A stretch of 64,000 bases of DNA from a virus (Duplodnaviria > Caudoviricetes): IMG/VR virus record IMGVR_UViG_3300035454_001303, positions 1 through 64,000 of that record. One strand, written 5' to 3'. The position numbers and the translations under genes are program-made. This document shows, one piece after another, positions 25,980 through 36,100 of the stretch (position 1 is the first letter of the stretch; every line of letters starts with the position of its first letter). The notes under the pieces were generated by a model. That model ran no database searches, was not told where the DNA came from, and saw only the letters and a program-made list of their open reading frames with translations.

Positions 25980-27275
25980 TTGAGGATTGACTACATCCAT
26001 AACGGCAATGCCCTTGATGTGCTGAAAGCCCTCCCTTCGGAGTCGGTTCAAACGTGCATCACGAGCCCGCCGTATTGGGGGTTGCGTGATTACGGCATCG
26101 AACCTCAAATATGGGATGGAGATCCGAATTGCGAACATGAGTGGTCAGAAGGAAGCGCCAGGCGAAACGGAAGGGACTGGGACCCGACAGTCGGAAAATC
26201 ACGGGTTGGAAGGAATGAAAACGGGTCAACTGGGTCATTTTGTGCCAAGTGCGGAGCGTGGAAAGGGGCGTTCGGGCTTGAGCCGTCGCCTGATCTATAT
26301 CTGACCCATGCAGTGGAAATATTCAGGGAGGTTCGTCGGGTACTGAAAAACGACGGTACTGCCTGGGTGAACATGGGCGATTCGTATGCCGGGTACTGGG
26401 GCGATAAATATTCCCACAAGCCCTTCGGACGCGACGAAGCCCCTGACGAAAGCACCCCTCCAAGTCGGCCATCATTCGATTTCAGGTCGTCTCATATCAA
26501 ACCCAAAGACATGATTGGTATGCCGTGGAGACTGGCTTTTGCGCTGCAGGCCGATGGATGGTATCTCAGGCAGGACATCATCTGGCACAAGCTCCAAGCC
26601 ATGCCGGAATCCGTTCATGATCGATGCACGAAGGCGCACGAATATGTCTTTTTGCTCTCGAAGTCCAAGCGCTACTATTACGACCAGAACGCGATAAAAG
26701 AACCGGCCTCGGCAGACACGCACGCGCGATATGCACGCGGCAGGTCTGACGATCACAAGTGGGCCGATGGCGGACCGGGAAACCAGACCATAGCCAAGTC
26801 AATGGCGCACATGCTTAAAGGGGTGAACCCGAAGGCGGCATCTGTCCCCGTAAGAGGGTGGCAATCAGGACCGGGGGCGCACTCCGTCATCGATCACGAC
26901 CAGCCGCAAGAATTCCCCACGAAGTTTCCAAAGCCAAAACAGAACCCGTCCTTCTCGAATGCCGTGAAGGATGTCGTTGAATTCAGAAACAAGCGTTCCG
27001 TTTGGTCCGTATCGCCAGAACCGTTTTCGGGCGCTCATTTCGCAACCTTTCCGCAAAAACTCATCTTCCCGATGGTCCTTGCCGGCGCCCCCCCCCACGG
27101 GGTTGTCCTCGATCCTTTCATGGGATCGGGAACGGTAGCCGTCGTCTCGAAAAAGCTAAATCGTCACTTCGTTGGTATCGAACTGAACCCTGCTTACATC
27201 GAAATGGCCTGGGACCGCCTGGAAAAGGAAATAGGACTTTTATTTTTAAGGAGGGAGGTTTGTCATGCGCTTTGA
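25980..27275 (+). CDS. DNA N4-cytosine/N6-adenine methyltransferase (beta class)
   Basis: CITSPPYW, NMGDSY, LRQDIIWHK, HFATFP and VLDPFMGSGT motifs; probable TTG start. Confidence 0.92.
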   Translation: MRIDYIHNGNALDVLKALPSESVQTCITSPPYWGLRDYGIEPQIWDGDPNCEHEWSEGSARRNGRDWDPTVGKSRVGRNENGSTGSFCAKCGAWKGAFGLEPSPDLYLTHAVEIFREVRRVLKNDGTAWVNMGDSYAGYWGDKYSHKPFGRDEAPDESTPPSRPSFDFRSSHIKPKDMIGMPWRLAFALQADGWYLRQDIIWHKLQAMPESVHDRCTKAHEYVFLLSKSKRYYYDQNAIKEPASADTHARYARGRSDDHKWADGGPGNQTIAKSMAHMLKGVNPKAASVPVRGWQSGPGAHSVIDHDQPQEFPTKFPKPKQNPSFSNAVKDVVEFRNKRSVWSVSPEPFSGAHFATFPQKLIFPMVLAGAPPHGVVLDPFMGSGTVAVVSKKLNRHFVGIELNPAYIEMAWDRLEKEIGLLFLRREVCHAL

Positions 27276-27597
27276 TTTTAAGAGGTTTTTCTTTGTCGTA
27301 GGCGTGTTGTGGATGCTCATTCTTTGGATGCTCTTTGCTGTCTATGGAGTTATCCAGTTTTGGGATCGCCACGTCACAAGGTGGCTCGCGGGAACGGCTG
27401 ATTTTGTCGGATTCTGCATTCTTGCCATCACGGTCTTATGGGTGCTCTTCATTTTCAAAACTCTCAAAGAGGAAATGGACGAATATGATCCGGAACATGT
27501 GGATATAGGAACCGAGTATCATGAAGGGTTGTCTATCAGGAATAAAAGCAGCGATCAAGGGCGCGTCGTCGCCAACCGACAAGCTGTCGAGAGTTGA
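27265..27597 (+). CDS. Two-TM membrane protein
   Basis: Two hydrophobic segments; overlaps the MTase stop. Confidence 0.55.
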   Translation: MRFDFKRFFFVVGVLWMLILWMLFAVYGVIQFWDRHVTRWLAGTADFVGFCILAITVLWVLFIFKTLKEEMDEYDPEHVDIGTEYHEGLSIRNKSSDQGRVVANRQAVES

Positions 27598-27709
27598 AAG
27601 TATTATCAGCGACTTCAATGTTAATCATGAATCGTTGTGTGAGGAATTTGGACATGGCGGATAGGGCAGATCACCCGACAAGGGCGGGTTCCCGGCCCGC
27701 TCTTCCGCC

Positions 27710-28585
27710 TTGATTAAGCGACCGGTTAATACTGCGGGGGTATCTCGGGTGTCAGTAAAGAAGCTACCAGCGTTTCAGTTTTATCCTGGCGACTGGGTAC
27801 AAGACACGAGGCCGCTATCGTTGGCGGCCAAGGGTGCATGGATCGACCTGTTATGTGCAATGTGGCGTTCTCAGACCAGGGGAATGCTCTCATTGCCTTG
27901 GCAAGGGTATGCCCGTTTGATTGGTGCCACGGTAGACCAGACCAAAGCAGCAATCGGCGAGCTTATTGACATGGGTATCTGTAGCCTGGAAGGAGAAGAG
28001 GAAGCGGTCTCATTGGACATGGATGTAACGGACGGTAACGGCAATGTAACGATAATAAATCGAAGAATGTACAGAGAAGAAAAAGAAAGAGAATCAACAA
28101 GATATAGAGTTCAAAGACATCGTAACGGCGGTATGAAACGCGATTGTAACGACGATGTAACGCCTCTTTCTTCATCTTCATCTTCTTCTTCATGTACTAA
28201 AGTACATTTAGAATCATCTGAAGATGATTCTTCCCCGCCGCTTCCTGAAGCCGAAATATTCATTTCCGTCCCATTGGTGGATAAGACCGAATTCCAAGTC
28301 ACGACACCGATGATCGAGGAATGGAGAAACCTTTATCCGAAAGTCGATGTTGAACAAGCATTGAGAAACATCCGGGGATGGAACCTGTCTCACACGAAGG
28401 AACGTAAAACAAGAGCCGGGATCTTAAAGCACATAACCGGATGGTTGGCCAGAGAACAAGATCGAGGTGGAAGCAATGGCGGAAGTAGACAGCAAAATAC
28501 TGGAAGGGGCTCAGGCCAGGTTGCTGGAACGGCGGCAGTCGCAAAAAGTGACTCAGCCCCTTACCCGATTGACCACACATTCTGA
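27710..28585 (+). CDS. Phage replication initiator (DUF1376/YdaU-like N-terminus)
   Basis: PAFQFYPGDW...LSLAAKGAWIDLLCAMW; C-term YPKVDVEQAL..IRGW...KT..GILKHITGWLAREQD; precedes the loader gene. Confidence 0.85.
   Translation: MIKRPVNTAGVSRVSVKKLPAFQFYPGDWVQDTRPLSLAAKGAWIDLLCAMWRSQTRGMLSLPWQGYARLIGATVDQTKAAIGELIDMGICSLEGEEEAVSLDMDVTDGNGNVTIINRRMYREEKERESTRYRVQRHRNGGMKRDCNDDVTPLSSSSSSSSCTKVHLESSEDDSSPPLPEAEIFISVPLVDKTEFQVTTPMIEEWRNLYPKVDVEQALRNIRGWNLSHTKERKTRAGILKHITGWLAREQDRGGSNGGSRQQNTGRGSGQVAGTAAVAKSDSAPYPIDHTF
28024..28162 (+). repeat. Iteron-like repeats (putative origin) inside the initiator gene
   Basis: TGTAACG-type 7-mers at 28024, 28034, 28045, 28121, 28134, 28145 and 28156, with an A-rich spacer between the two clusters. 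Confidence 0.65.
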
Positions 28586-29213
28586 GATGAAAAAGCTCGG
28601 AACGCATAAGATCGGTGTCGTGTCTTTTCCAGACGAAGAAGAGCGGCCCAAAAAGGTCAATTGGATGAGAAGGTGCGGGGTTCCGACCAGGTACGAAACG
28701 TTCAGTCTCGACACCTACGGAGGGAACGATGCCCTTGTTGAACTACTAAGGAGCCACATTCATTCCGAGGATAGCATCACCCTGTGTGGAAATACCGGGT
28801 GCGGAAAGACGCATCTGGCCGTAGGGATGCTGGCCGAGTTCATTAAGCGGAACACTGACGCCGTATTCATTACCGTGCCCGAATTGCTTCTCCGGATAAG
28901 GGCCTCGTTTGGAGAAAGGGCCACGTTAACCGAAGAGGAACTGATTGACCAGTACACGTCGCGATCCCTGCTTGTCCTGGATGATCTCGGAGCGGAAAAA
29001 TCCACAGACTTTTCCATCACGACCTTGTACCTGATCATCGACCGGCGAAACCGCTACGGTCGAAAGACGATCATCACCACAAACTTCATGAGCCTGGAAG
29101 CAGTAGAGGAAGGTCTTGGCGCCCGAATTTCGTCAAGGCTGGCTGACTCGAAAATAATCCAGATCACAACCATGCCGGATTACCGGAAGAAAAGGGGAAA
29201 CCATGCTCAATAA
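28467..29213 (+). CDS. DnaC/IstB-like AAA+ helicase loader
   Basis: [26 protein letters not shown]...TIITTN. Confidence 0.9.
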   Translation: MEAMAEVDSKILEGAQARLLERRQSQKVTQPLTRLTTHSEMKKLGTHKIGVVSFPDEEERPKKVNWMRRCGVPTRYETFSLDTYGGNDALVELLRSHIHSEDSITLCGNTGCGKTHLAVGMLAEFIKRNTDAVFITVPELLLRIRASFGERATLTEEELIDQYTSRSLLVLDDLGAEKSTDFSITTLYLIIDRRNRYGRKTIITTNFMSLEAVEEGLGARISSRLADSKIIQITTMPDYRKKRGNHAQ

Positions 29214-29592
29214 AGTCATGCTTATCGGAAGGCTCGGGGGAAACCCGGAAGTCAGATACACCCAATCGGGGACACCGACCGCATCTTTCACCATCGCGAC
29301 GACCGAAACGTGGAAGAAAGATGGCGAGCGGAAGGAAAAGACTGAATGGCATCGAATTGTTGCCTGGGACAAGCTCGCGGAGATTTGCGGCGAGTATTTA
29401 ACGAAAGGCAAGCTCGTTTATATCGAAGGGAAGCTCCAGACGCGAAAGTGGCAGGACAAGGAAGGAAACGACAAGTACACGACCGAAATCATCGCCTCTA
29501 ACATGAAGATGCTGGGAGGAAAGTCTGAGAGCGATTCAGGTGGTGAAGGTGGCGGACATCGGGAACCCGGAGATGATGACGTGCCATTCTAA
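29203..29592 (+). CDS. ssb: Single-stranded DNA-binding protein
   Basis: [12 protein letters not shown]...TEWHRIV...[15 protein letters not shown]; acidic tail DDDVPF. Confidence 0.96.
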   Translation: MLNKVMLIGRLGGNPEVRYTQSGTPTASFTIATTETWKKDGERKEKTEWHRIVAWDKLAEICGEYLTKGKLVYIEGKLQTRKWQDKEGNDKYTTEIIASNMKMLGGKSESDSGGEGGGHREPGDDDVPF

Positions 29593-29612
29593 GGAAAGGG
29601 GATTTGCGCGAC

Positions 29613-29777
29613 GTGGAGTTCGATAAAATCATTGAAACAATGCGAAGAATTATCAGGTCCGATGGATCGAGCCAAGAGAAGATGAGGCGGATATGGGAAT
29701 ATCTGGAAGCTATCGAAAAGGAGGCGAAGAGTGCCAAGCCTTCGACAACAGGTGTAGGGAGATCTGAGAATGGATGA
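29613..29777 (+). CDS. Small hypothetical protein (not in the ORF track)
   Basis: GTG start after a purine-rich SD; 54 aa helical sequence filling the gap. Confidence 0.35.
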   Translation: MEFDKIIETMRRIIRSDGSSQEKMRRIWEYLEAIEKEAKSAKPSTTGVGRSENG

Positions 29778-30000
29778 TGATTTGCTTGTCGGGAGAAAAG
29801 AAATCCTTGATTTTCTTCGTCTATCAGACTGGGAAGCTGTGATTGGCAGAATAAAAGAGGGGCTGCCAGTCGAAAAGGTTTGCGGTCGCCTCGAAATGAG
29901 CAAGCGGAAGTATCGCGCCTGGAGGGATGAAATAAGGCCCGGCAGGGGGATAGTCGGAGAAGACGGAGAGAAAAGGCCACGGGTAGGAGCGCAGGCGTGA
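29770..30000 (+). CDS. Small HTH/excisionase-like DNA-binding protein
   Basis: LLVGRKEILDFLR.SDW...KEGLPVEKVCGRLEMSK. Confidence 0.55.
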   Translation: MDDDLLVGRKEILDFLRLSDWEAVIGRIKEGLPVEKVCGRLEMSKRKYRAWRDEIRPGRGIVGEDGEKRPRVGAQA

Positions 30001-30428
30001 GCGGAGACGGATTTCTTGAATTCAAGGAATCTCCAGAGCTTGTAAGTCTGGCGATGGACATCATTCAACGATATGAAATATTTGAATTTATCAATATCGA
30101 AGAGATTCTTTTCTTGCGTGAGATGAAGTCCAGGCCAAAGGCGCTTGCGCGGTGTTACCGGTTTGGGGATCACCCGATCAGTTTCTTTACCGACAAGCTA
30201 TATGCAATCGTCTTTTATGAATCTAACTGTGATTACATGACGTTGGAGCAACGGGCATTGCTCATGTACCACGAGCTGAGACATATCGGGAAGCCGTTCA
30301 ATCGGCTGAATGACCATACGGTTAAGGATTTCAAGGAGTTGTTGGCTGTGAATCTTGACTGGGCGGAAAGAGAGGCGAAGGTGCCGAATATCCTGAAGGG
30401 GAAACGGTCATGGGCAATAAAGAAGTGA
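29997..30428 (+). CDS. Putative phage metallopeptidase
   Basis: LLMYHELRHI HExxH motif, HTVKDF; directly before the terminase. Confidence 0.75.
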   Translation: MSGDGFLEFKESPELVSLAMDIIQRYEIFEFINIEEILFLREMKSRPKALARCYRFGDHPISFFTDKLYAIVFYESNCDYMTLEQRALLMYHELRHIGKPFNRLNDHTVKDFKELLAVNLDWAEREAKVPNILKGKRSWAIKK

Positions 30429-31345
30429 AAACAAAGGCATCTGCAATTGCACAAAAGACAGCCAAAAAAGGAGCGCCCGAAAAACCAAAGAAGGGGGCCG
30501 TGAAGCAGAGGGGTAAAAAGGGCGCGGCCAAGAAGGAGTCTGTATCAAAAACCCCTCAAAAGGAGCCCGAGAAAAAGACCAAGGGGAAGAAAAAGGCGTC
30601 AGTAACGCAACCGGTCCCGAAGAAGGAAACCACAAAGAAAGGGGCGGCGAAGAAGCCAGCGAAAAAAAGGGGGAGCAAGAACCCTCCCCGGATCGGGAGC
30701 CGCAGAAAGGAACTCACGAAGGCATGTCAGGACAAATTCCTCGAGGCGCTCGCGAGCAACCGGTTTTGCATATACAAGGCGTGCAAGGAGGCCGGAATAT
30801 CACGGCGGACCTTCTACCATTGGCGGGACACGGATGAAGCCTTCATGGAGAAATATGACGACCTTAACGAGGCAAAGATTGACGCATGGGAAGAGGCCCT
30901 GCACCGGAATATCCTCGCCGGCGCCGAGGTGTCCACGATATTCGGGCTGAAAACGAAGGGGAGGAAACGAGGGTATGGAGACAAAGCCATGCCGAGCAAA
31001 GAGGCGATTGCTATTGTGAAGAGGCTTCTTGCCGACGAGATCACGACAAAAGAAGCGGCCTATCAGCTTTACATGATCGGCGAACAGATCCCCGAGGTCA
31101 TGAAGATCGAACTGGAAAAGACGCCTCCAGACATGCCGCCGCCAGAGTTGCCGCCCGCGATGTCCGATGAGGAGCTTGAGGAGCGTTACCAGAAAGGACT
31201 TGCCACACAGAACCAACAAAAAGAAACGTTCGTTCCAGAGCGCCGCAAGGAAGTTCAGGCGATAAAAGAGGAATTGAAAGATATCGAATCGTTCGGCCCG
31301 AATGCTGAAATGAGACAAGGGGACCATGGCCAGAGCAAGGAATGA
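30410..31345 (+). CDS. pacA: Terminase small subunit, P1 PacA-like, with Lys-rich N-terminus
   Basis: HTH KACKEAGISRRTFYHW; C-term ELEERY...FVPERRKEV similar to recalled P1 PacA; precedes PacB. Confidence 0.75.
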   Translation: MGNKEVKTKASAIAQKTAKKGAPEKPKKGAVKQRGKKGAAKKESVSKTPQKEPEKKTKGKKKASVTQPVPKKETTKKGAAKKPAKKRGSKNPPRIGSRRKELTKACQDKFLEALASNRFCIYKACKEAGISRRTFYHWRDTDEAFMEKYDDLNEAKIDAWEEALHRNILAGAEVSTIFGLKTKGRKRGYGDKAMPSKEAIAIVKRLLADEITTKEAAYQLYMIGEQIPEVMKIELEKTPPDMPPPELPPAMSDEELEERYQKGLATQNQQKETFVPERRKEVQAIKEELKDIESFGPNAEMRQGDHGQSKE

Positions 31346-32837
31346 GAGCATACTTTCTGCCCCAAGCGCAGTTCTCAGCCGCTATAAGGATTTCTGTATA
31401 CGGTACAGGCATCAGCTCAATAGGTATGCGATTGAAGTTACTGGCATGGAACCGACGTGGCAGCAACGGGAGCTTTTCGAGGCCATTGAGAAGCCGGGAA
31501 GCCGTACCGCCTGCGCGAGTGGGCACGGTACCGGGAAGAGCCGGTGCTATGCCGTCACATGCGATTGGCTTTTGAAGGTATATCCGTGGAGCAACACAAT
31601 GTTGACCTCCACGAACGTTTCACAGCTACGGACTGTCGTTTGGAAAGAACTGGACACCGTAACAGCTCAAGTTGCCGAGCGTTACCCTTGGCTGAATGAA
31701 TATTTTCTCAAAGAGACGCAACGGTACTATGCACGGGGACATAAGGATAGCTGGTATGTCATCCCAAAGACGGCCCCAAAGCACAAACCCGAGGGTGTGG
31801 CCGGTCAACATCGCCAATGGTACACAGTTTTGGTTGATGAGGCGAGCGGGGTAGAAGACGAGATTCATGGGGTCCTACGTGGAGGGCTGACGAATGCAGA
31901 AAACCGCTACTGCATGATCTCACAGCCGACGCGGACGGTCGGCCACTTTGCAGACGCCTTTAAGTCGCTGAAGGACATCTACAAATGTCTTTCATTCAAC
32001 TCGGAAGAGAGCCCGCTTGTATCGAAAGAGTTCATCCGGGAAAAACTGATTGAGTACGGCGGGCACCATAGTCCGGAATATCAGATCAAGGTGCTTGGGA
32101 GATTCCCCGACAACCTGTCAGGCTTCCTGATTCCCCGAAGCTGGCTTGAAGAGTCGAGGCTGCTTGTCATTGTTCATCCGACACCCTGGGGATGGGTGAT
32201 CACCGGCGACGTTGGGGAGGGCGTTCACCGCGATTCGTCCGTATGGACCCTTGCAAAGGTCTCGGGATATGGGGCAGAGCGCCGGGTGCAGGTCGTTGAC
32301 AGTATGGAATATAACGATCTGAATGAAAAGCAGTTTGCCCACAAGATGCACGAAAGGGTTATGGGGCTGTCGAATGTCACCATAGCCGTGGACGCAGATG
32401 GTGCCGGGCGAGCGACCATCCTGGAACTTGAAGAGCTTGGTGGTCATGTTGTCGAACGAATCCACTGGGGCCTTCCTCCGCATACAGAGGCGGACAAGAG
32501 GCGCTACAAGAACCTTCGCGCATACTCGCACGTGAAGACGCGGGAAGCGATCTTTGAGGGAAGGATGAGGATCGACGGGCATAAAAAGACCGTAGAGCAA
32601 GGATCTTTGCTTCCCTACAAGATCGATGATGCCGGGCGGTATCAGATGATGCCAAAGGAGCAAATGAAGGCCAATGGGATCAAGAGCCCGGATAGGTTTG
32701 ATACCCATTGCTTTTTCTTCCTGGTTGATTACACGCCGGCAGGGGAAGAAACGGAGCTGCTTACGACGACGAGTAGCGAAGAGAACGCGATCCTGGAAAT
32801 GGCTCGCAAGATCATTGCAGAAGGAGAGGCGGCATAG
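31326..32837 (+). CDS. pacB: Terminase large subunit, P1 PacB-like
   Basis: PTWQQ...SGHGTGKS Walker A, LVDEASG Walker B, ISQPTR, GDVGEG and SPDRFD nuclease motifs. Confidence 0.92.
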   Translation: MARARNESILSAPSAVLSRYKDFCIRYRHQLNRYAIEVTGMEPTWQQRELFEAIEKPGSRTACASGHGTGKSRCYAVTCDWLLKVYPWSNTMLTSTNVSQLRTVVWKELDTVTAQVAERYPWLNEYFLKETQRYYARGHKDSWYVIPKTAPKHKPEGVAGQHRQWYTVLVDEASGVEDEIHGVLRGGLTNAENRYCMISQPTRTVGHFADAFKSLKDIYKCLSFNSEESPLVSKEFIREKLIEYGGHHSPEYQIKVLGRFPDNLSGFLIPRSWLEESRLLVIVHPTPWGWVITGDVGEGVHRDSSVWTLAKVSGYGAERRVQVVDSMEYNDLNEKQFAHKMHERVMGLSNVTIAVDADGAGRATILELEELGGHVVERIHWGLPPHTEADKRRYKNLRAYSHVKTREAIFEGRMRIDGHKKTVEQGSLLPYKIDDAGRYQMMPKEQMKANGIKSPDRFDTHCFFFLVDYTPAGEETELLTTTSSEENAILEMARKIIAEGEAA

Positions 32838-32839
32838 CA

Positions 32840-33004
32840 ATGCACGCAAAAGGCAAGCCAGAGATCCCCGACGACATGGGGATGATTGATATAATGCCGG
32901 AACACGGGGAATGCGGAAGCTTAATAGAGTTTTATCGGGAGATGTTTCACCAATTGCAGATCGTGATTTCCGTGCCAAGTGCTTTCTTGGGGCCAGATAA
33001 ATGA
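32840..33004 (+). CDS. Small hypothetical protein (not in the ORF track)
   Basis: 54 aa; stop overlaps the next start (ATGA). Confidence 0.4.
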   Translation: MHAKGKPEIPDDMGMIDIMPEHGECGSLIEFYREMFHQLQIVISVPSAFLGPDK

Positions 33005-33639
33005 GCGAAGAGATTCTGAAAATAATGACCATTTCTCTCATGGGAGCGAATCGCAGCAAGGCTTACGCCGTGTTCAACGGTGAACAACTCGTTGTCACGC
33101 GAGTCGATACGATTGCCGGCATGTTCGGCCTTTGGAGAAAACCGATAATTGATGAGATCATCGACAAAAAAGACAAGGGTTACGCCGTTATCGTGGAAGA
33201 GAAGACCGATCTGATAGCACAACATGCGACGCAGTACCTCCTTGAAGACATCGAAGAGAGAAGTAATCTCTATGATGCTCTTGACTGGTATTTCGCCCTG
33301 CAGGACATGGGAAACCTGATAGTCGATAGCGATGCTCAACGGTTCCTTATCCGAGCTGGCGGCGAAGGCCAGAAGGTAGAAAAAAAGCAGGACGAAAAAG
33401 GGAAGCCTTACTACTCAATCGATTGGCCTTCTTTCACGGGTGGTCATCGGGCGATTCTTCTCTGTGTCGTTGCCGCCATGACGGAGCCTATAAGTGAGCG
33501 GTTCCTGAAGGCCATGTATGGCAAGGAAGCAGAAGAGCCAGAGGATGATAATCCGGTCAGGCGATGGACAAGGATACTTGCCGCCAGAGACCTGGAGAGG
33601 GGCAAAAATCTGGAAACGGAAAGGGAAAACAGGGGATGA
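33001..33639 (+). CDS. P1 Mat-like particle maturation protein
   Basis: Recalled similarity (AVFNGEQLVVT; YSIDW...HRAILLC) and position in the P1-like module. Confidence 0.5.
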   Translation: MSEEILKIMTISLMGANRSKAYAVFNGEQLVVTRVDTIAGMFGLWRKPIIDEIIDKKDKGYAVIVEEKTDLIAQHATQYLLEDIEERSNLYDALDWYFALQDMGNLIVDSDAQRFLIRAGGEGQKVEKKQDEKGKPYYSIDWPSFTGGHRAILLCVVAAMTEPISERFLKAMYGKEAEEPEDDNPVRRWTRILAARDLERGKNLETERENRG

Positions 33640-33983
33640 CGCCAAGCAAGATCAAAGAGCTTTTGGCCGGTTATCGTTTCGATACGTCATGTGAAGCGAT
33701 ATTGCAGGCCCAAATCGAAAAGGTTTTCCAGGACAGCGGGGCTCCATATCAGCGGGAAGTGCGGCTGTCCGCACGGGACCGGATTGACTTTATGCTGGAT
33801 GGGATCGGTGTTGAGGTGAAAATCAAAGGCCAGGCAAAGGAAATATTCCGCCAGTGTCAACGGTACTGCACTTATGACCAGATCACGGCGATTGTCCTGG
33901 TTACGGGGCGATCTATGGGGTTCCCCGAAACCATCGAAGGGAAGCCTTGCTATTATCACAACCTGGGGCGAAACTGGCTATGA
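33637..33983 (+). CDS. PD-(D/E)XK nuclease-like protein
   Basis: E.ILQAQIE...REVRL...RIDFMLDGIGVEVKIKG. Confidence 0.7.
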
Positions 33984-35812
33984 GAACCTACGGAAATATT
34001 TCACTTCATGGAAGCCGATGGGAGCTTACCGGCCTTGAGCCGCATGTGTCCATCAAGCTGAAGAACATCTTCCCGAAGATACCAAAGACATCGGTAGGCC
34101 CCTTTCGCTTCGACAATACCCCGGAGGCGTGCATAGACCTGGAATGGTTTATGTCTCGCTATCCGTTGGGTATTTCCGATGAGCACCTTCAGGTATTGCA
34201 GGGCAATAGAACGCTCTTCCTGGAAACTCAGGCCGAGATGGAACGGATCATGCGGCCCGATTTCGTTCCCGGAAGCTACGCCCTGAAGGAGGGGCAGGCA
34301 ATCAGACCCTATCAGGCCCAAGCAATCGAGATCTTCCAAAGGTCCCGGGCGTTGATGATCGGCGATGATGTTGGACTCGGAAAGACTTACATCGGGATAG
34401 GGGCATGTCTGAAGCCAGAACAGCTTCCCGCCATTGTTGCCGTTCAGACACACCTTCACCGTCAATGGAAGGAGAAGATCGAGGCGTTTTCAAACCTGAA
34501 GGTTCATCTGATAGCCGGAACGCGGCCTTATAATCTTCCGCCCGCCGACATCTATGTCATCAAGTATTCGTGCATTTCCGGGTGGGTGGATATCTTCAAG
34601 CAGGGATATTTCAAGACGGCCATCTTTGATGAGGTTCAGGAGCTTCGGCGGGGTGTTTGCTCTGATAAGGGCATGGCGGCAAAAATCCTTTCCGGAAGTG
34701 CTGATTACCGTCTCGGCCTGAGCGCGACGCCGATCTACAACTATGCAGACGAGATCTGGAATGTCATGGACATCCTCAATGAGCATTGCCTTGGGACCCG
34801 TGACGAGTTTTTGAGGGAATGGGGTGCCGAGCAGTACGGAATGACCAAGATTATCATTAAGGACCCCAAGGCCCTGGGCTCCTATCTCCGCGAGAAATAC
34901 CTTTTCCTTCGCCGGACGAAAGCGGACGTGGGGCAATACCTGAAGCCGGTCAACACGGTTGTCGAAACGGTTGGCTTCGATGCGCAGTCAGTGAAATCCG
35001 CCGAAGAGCTTGCCGTCAAGCTTGCCCTGAAAGCATCGCAAGGGAGCTTTATCGAACGCGGCCAGGCCGCCCGCGAGCTTGATCTGATGGTCAGGCACAT
35101 GACCGGGGTGTCGAAGGCGAAGTACGTCGCTGAGTTCGTCCGGATCCTGCTTGAGAGCGGAGAGCCTGTTGTCTTGGCGGGCTGGCACAGGGATGTTTAT
35201 GAGATATGGCTCAGGGAACTCGCTGAGTTCAAGCCCGTCATGTACACGGGGACCGAGAGCGCGACGCAAAAGGACAAAGCCAAGAATGCCTTCGTGAATG
35301 GCGAGACGAATCTTTTCATCATCTCCCTTCGGTCCGGGATCGGGTTGGACGGCCTTCAGTTCCGCTGCTCAACGGTCGTTTTCGGAGAGTTGGATTGGTC
35401 CCCGCAGGTCCATTATCAGGTCGTTGGACGCCTTGACCGAGAAGGCCAGAAGAATCCCGTTATGGCCATCTATCTTTGCAGTGATAGCGGGTCCGATCCG
35501 CTCATGATCGATCTGCTTGGCCTGAAGAAGGCACAAGCGCAGGCCATCATTGACCCGAGCCTTGGCGTGCAATCCGTTTACAGTGATCAGTCAAGGATTC
35601 AGATGCTTGTGAAAAAATACCTGAAAAACAAGAAGGCTGGAGGAAATGGAGACATGAAGGCAAATTGGGAACCAGCAACGCCATTGAAGACAGGCGACAA
35701 GGTGATGCTCAATGGACAAATGATGCTCATCACAGGCGAAGGGGAAAGCGAGGAAACATCGCAAGAAAGGAGCAATCATGGCAACGACGCTATCGCGGCT
35801 TTCGCCGTATAA
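33980..35812 (+). CDS. SNF2-like SF2 helicase
   Basis: GDDVGLGKT, IFDEVQ, LSATP, SGIGLDGLQ, QVVGRLDR; ATGA-coupled to the nuclease. Confidence 0.88.
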   Translation: MRTYGNISLHGSRWELTGLEPHVSIKLKNIFPKIPKTSVGPFRFDNTPEACIDLEWFMSRYPLGISDEHLQVLQGNRTLFLETQAEMERIMRPDFVPGSYALKEGQAIRPYQAQAIEIFQRSRALMIGDDVGLGKTYIGIGACLKPEQLPAIVAVQTHLHRQWKEKIEAFSNLKVHLIAGTRPYNLPPADIYVIKYSCISGWVDIFKQGYFKTAIFDEVQELRRGVCSDKGMAAKILSGSADYRLGLSATPIYNYADEIWNVMDILNEHCLGTRDEFLREWGAEQYGMTKIIIKDPKALGSYLREKYLFLRRTKADVGQYLKPVNTVVETVGFDAQSVKSAEELAVKLALKASQGSFIERGQAARELDLMVRHMTGVSKAKYVAEFVRILLESGEPVVLAGWHRDVYEIWLRELAEFKPVMYTGTESATQKDKAKNAFVNGETNLFIISLRSGIGLDGLQFRCSTVVFGELDWSPQVHYQVVGRLDREGQKNPVMAIYLCSDSGSDPLMIDLLGLKKAQAQAIIDPSLGVQSVYSDQSRIQMLVKKYLKNKKAGGNGDMKANWEPATPLKTGDKVMLNGQMMLITGEGESEETSQERSNHGNDAIAAFAV

Positions 35813-36095
35813 CATCACAGATGACCTTCTGCGGTCGGACCTATATCGAGAGGTTCGGACCGGAAATGACAGTTGGCCGGAATACGAAATAAAGCCGGAT
35901 GAGGTCTTCAGGCCCGAGCTGGTTGCCTACCGCTTCTATGGGACCGACCTTCTGAAGTGGGTTGTACTCGTTGCCGCTGGCCTGGATGACATGAGGGAAA
36001 CGCTTGAAGCAGGCGAAAAGATTAAGCTGCCCCCTACCGTTTGGATACGCGAGCGGATCAAGTATTACGCTGGCGATTATGAAAATGAGGGCTGA
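35778..36095 (+). CDS. P1 gp26-like baseplate protein (T4 gp53/LysM-like)
   Basis: PDEVFRPELVAYRFYG...KWVVLVAAGL...LPPTVWIRE. Confidence 0.8.
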   Translation: MATTLSRLSPYNITDDLLRSDLYREVRTGNDSWPEYEIKPDEVFRPELVAYRFYGTDLLKWVVLVAAGLDDMRETLEAGEKIKLPPTVWIRERIKYYAGDYENEG

Positions 36096-36100
36096 TTATA

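Noticed and set aside
31039-31108. Four GATC sites within 70 bp in pacA as a P1-like pac site
   Set aside because: They lack the TGATCA/G hexamer arrays flanking a spacer, and they can be explained by Glu/Met/Gln/Lys-Ile codons.
32840-33004. 54-aa ORF with a faint portal-like motif (FYREMF...VPSAFLG)
   Set aside because: Too short and too weak a resemblance; kept only as hypothetical. The real portal is probably beyond the window.
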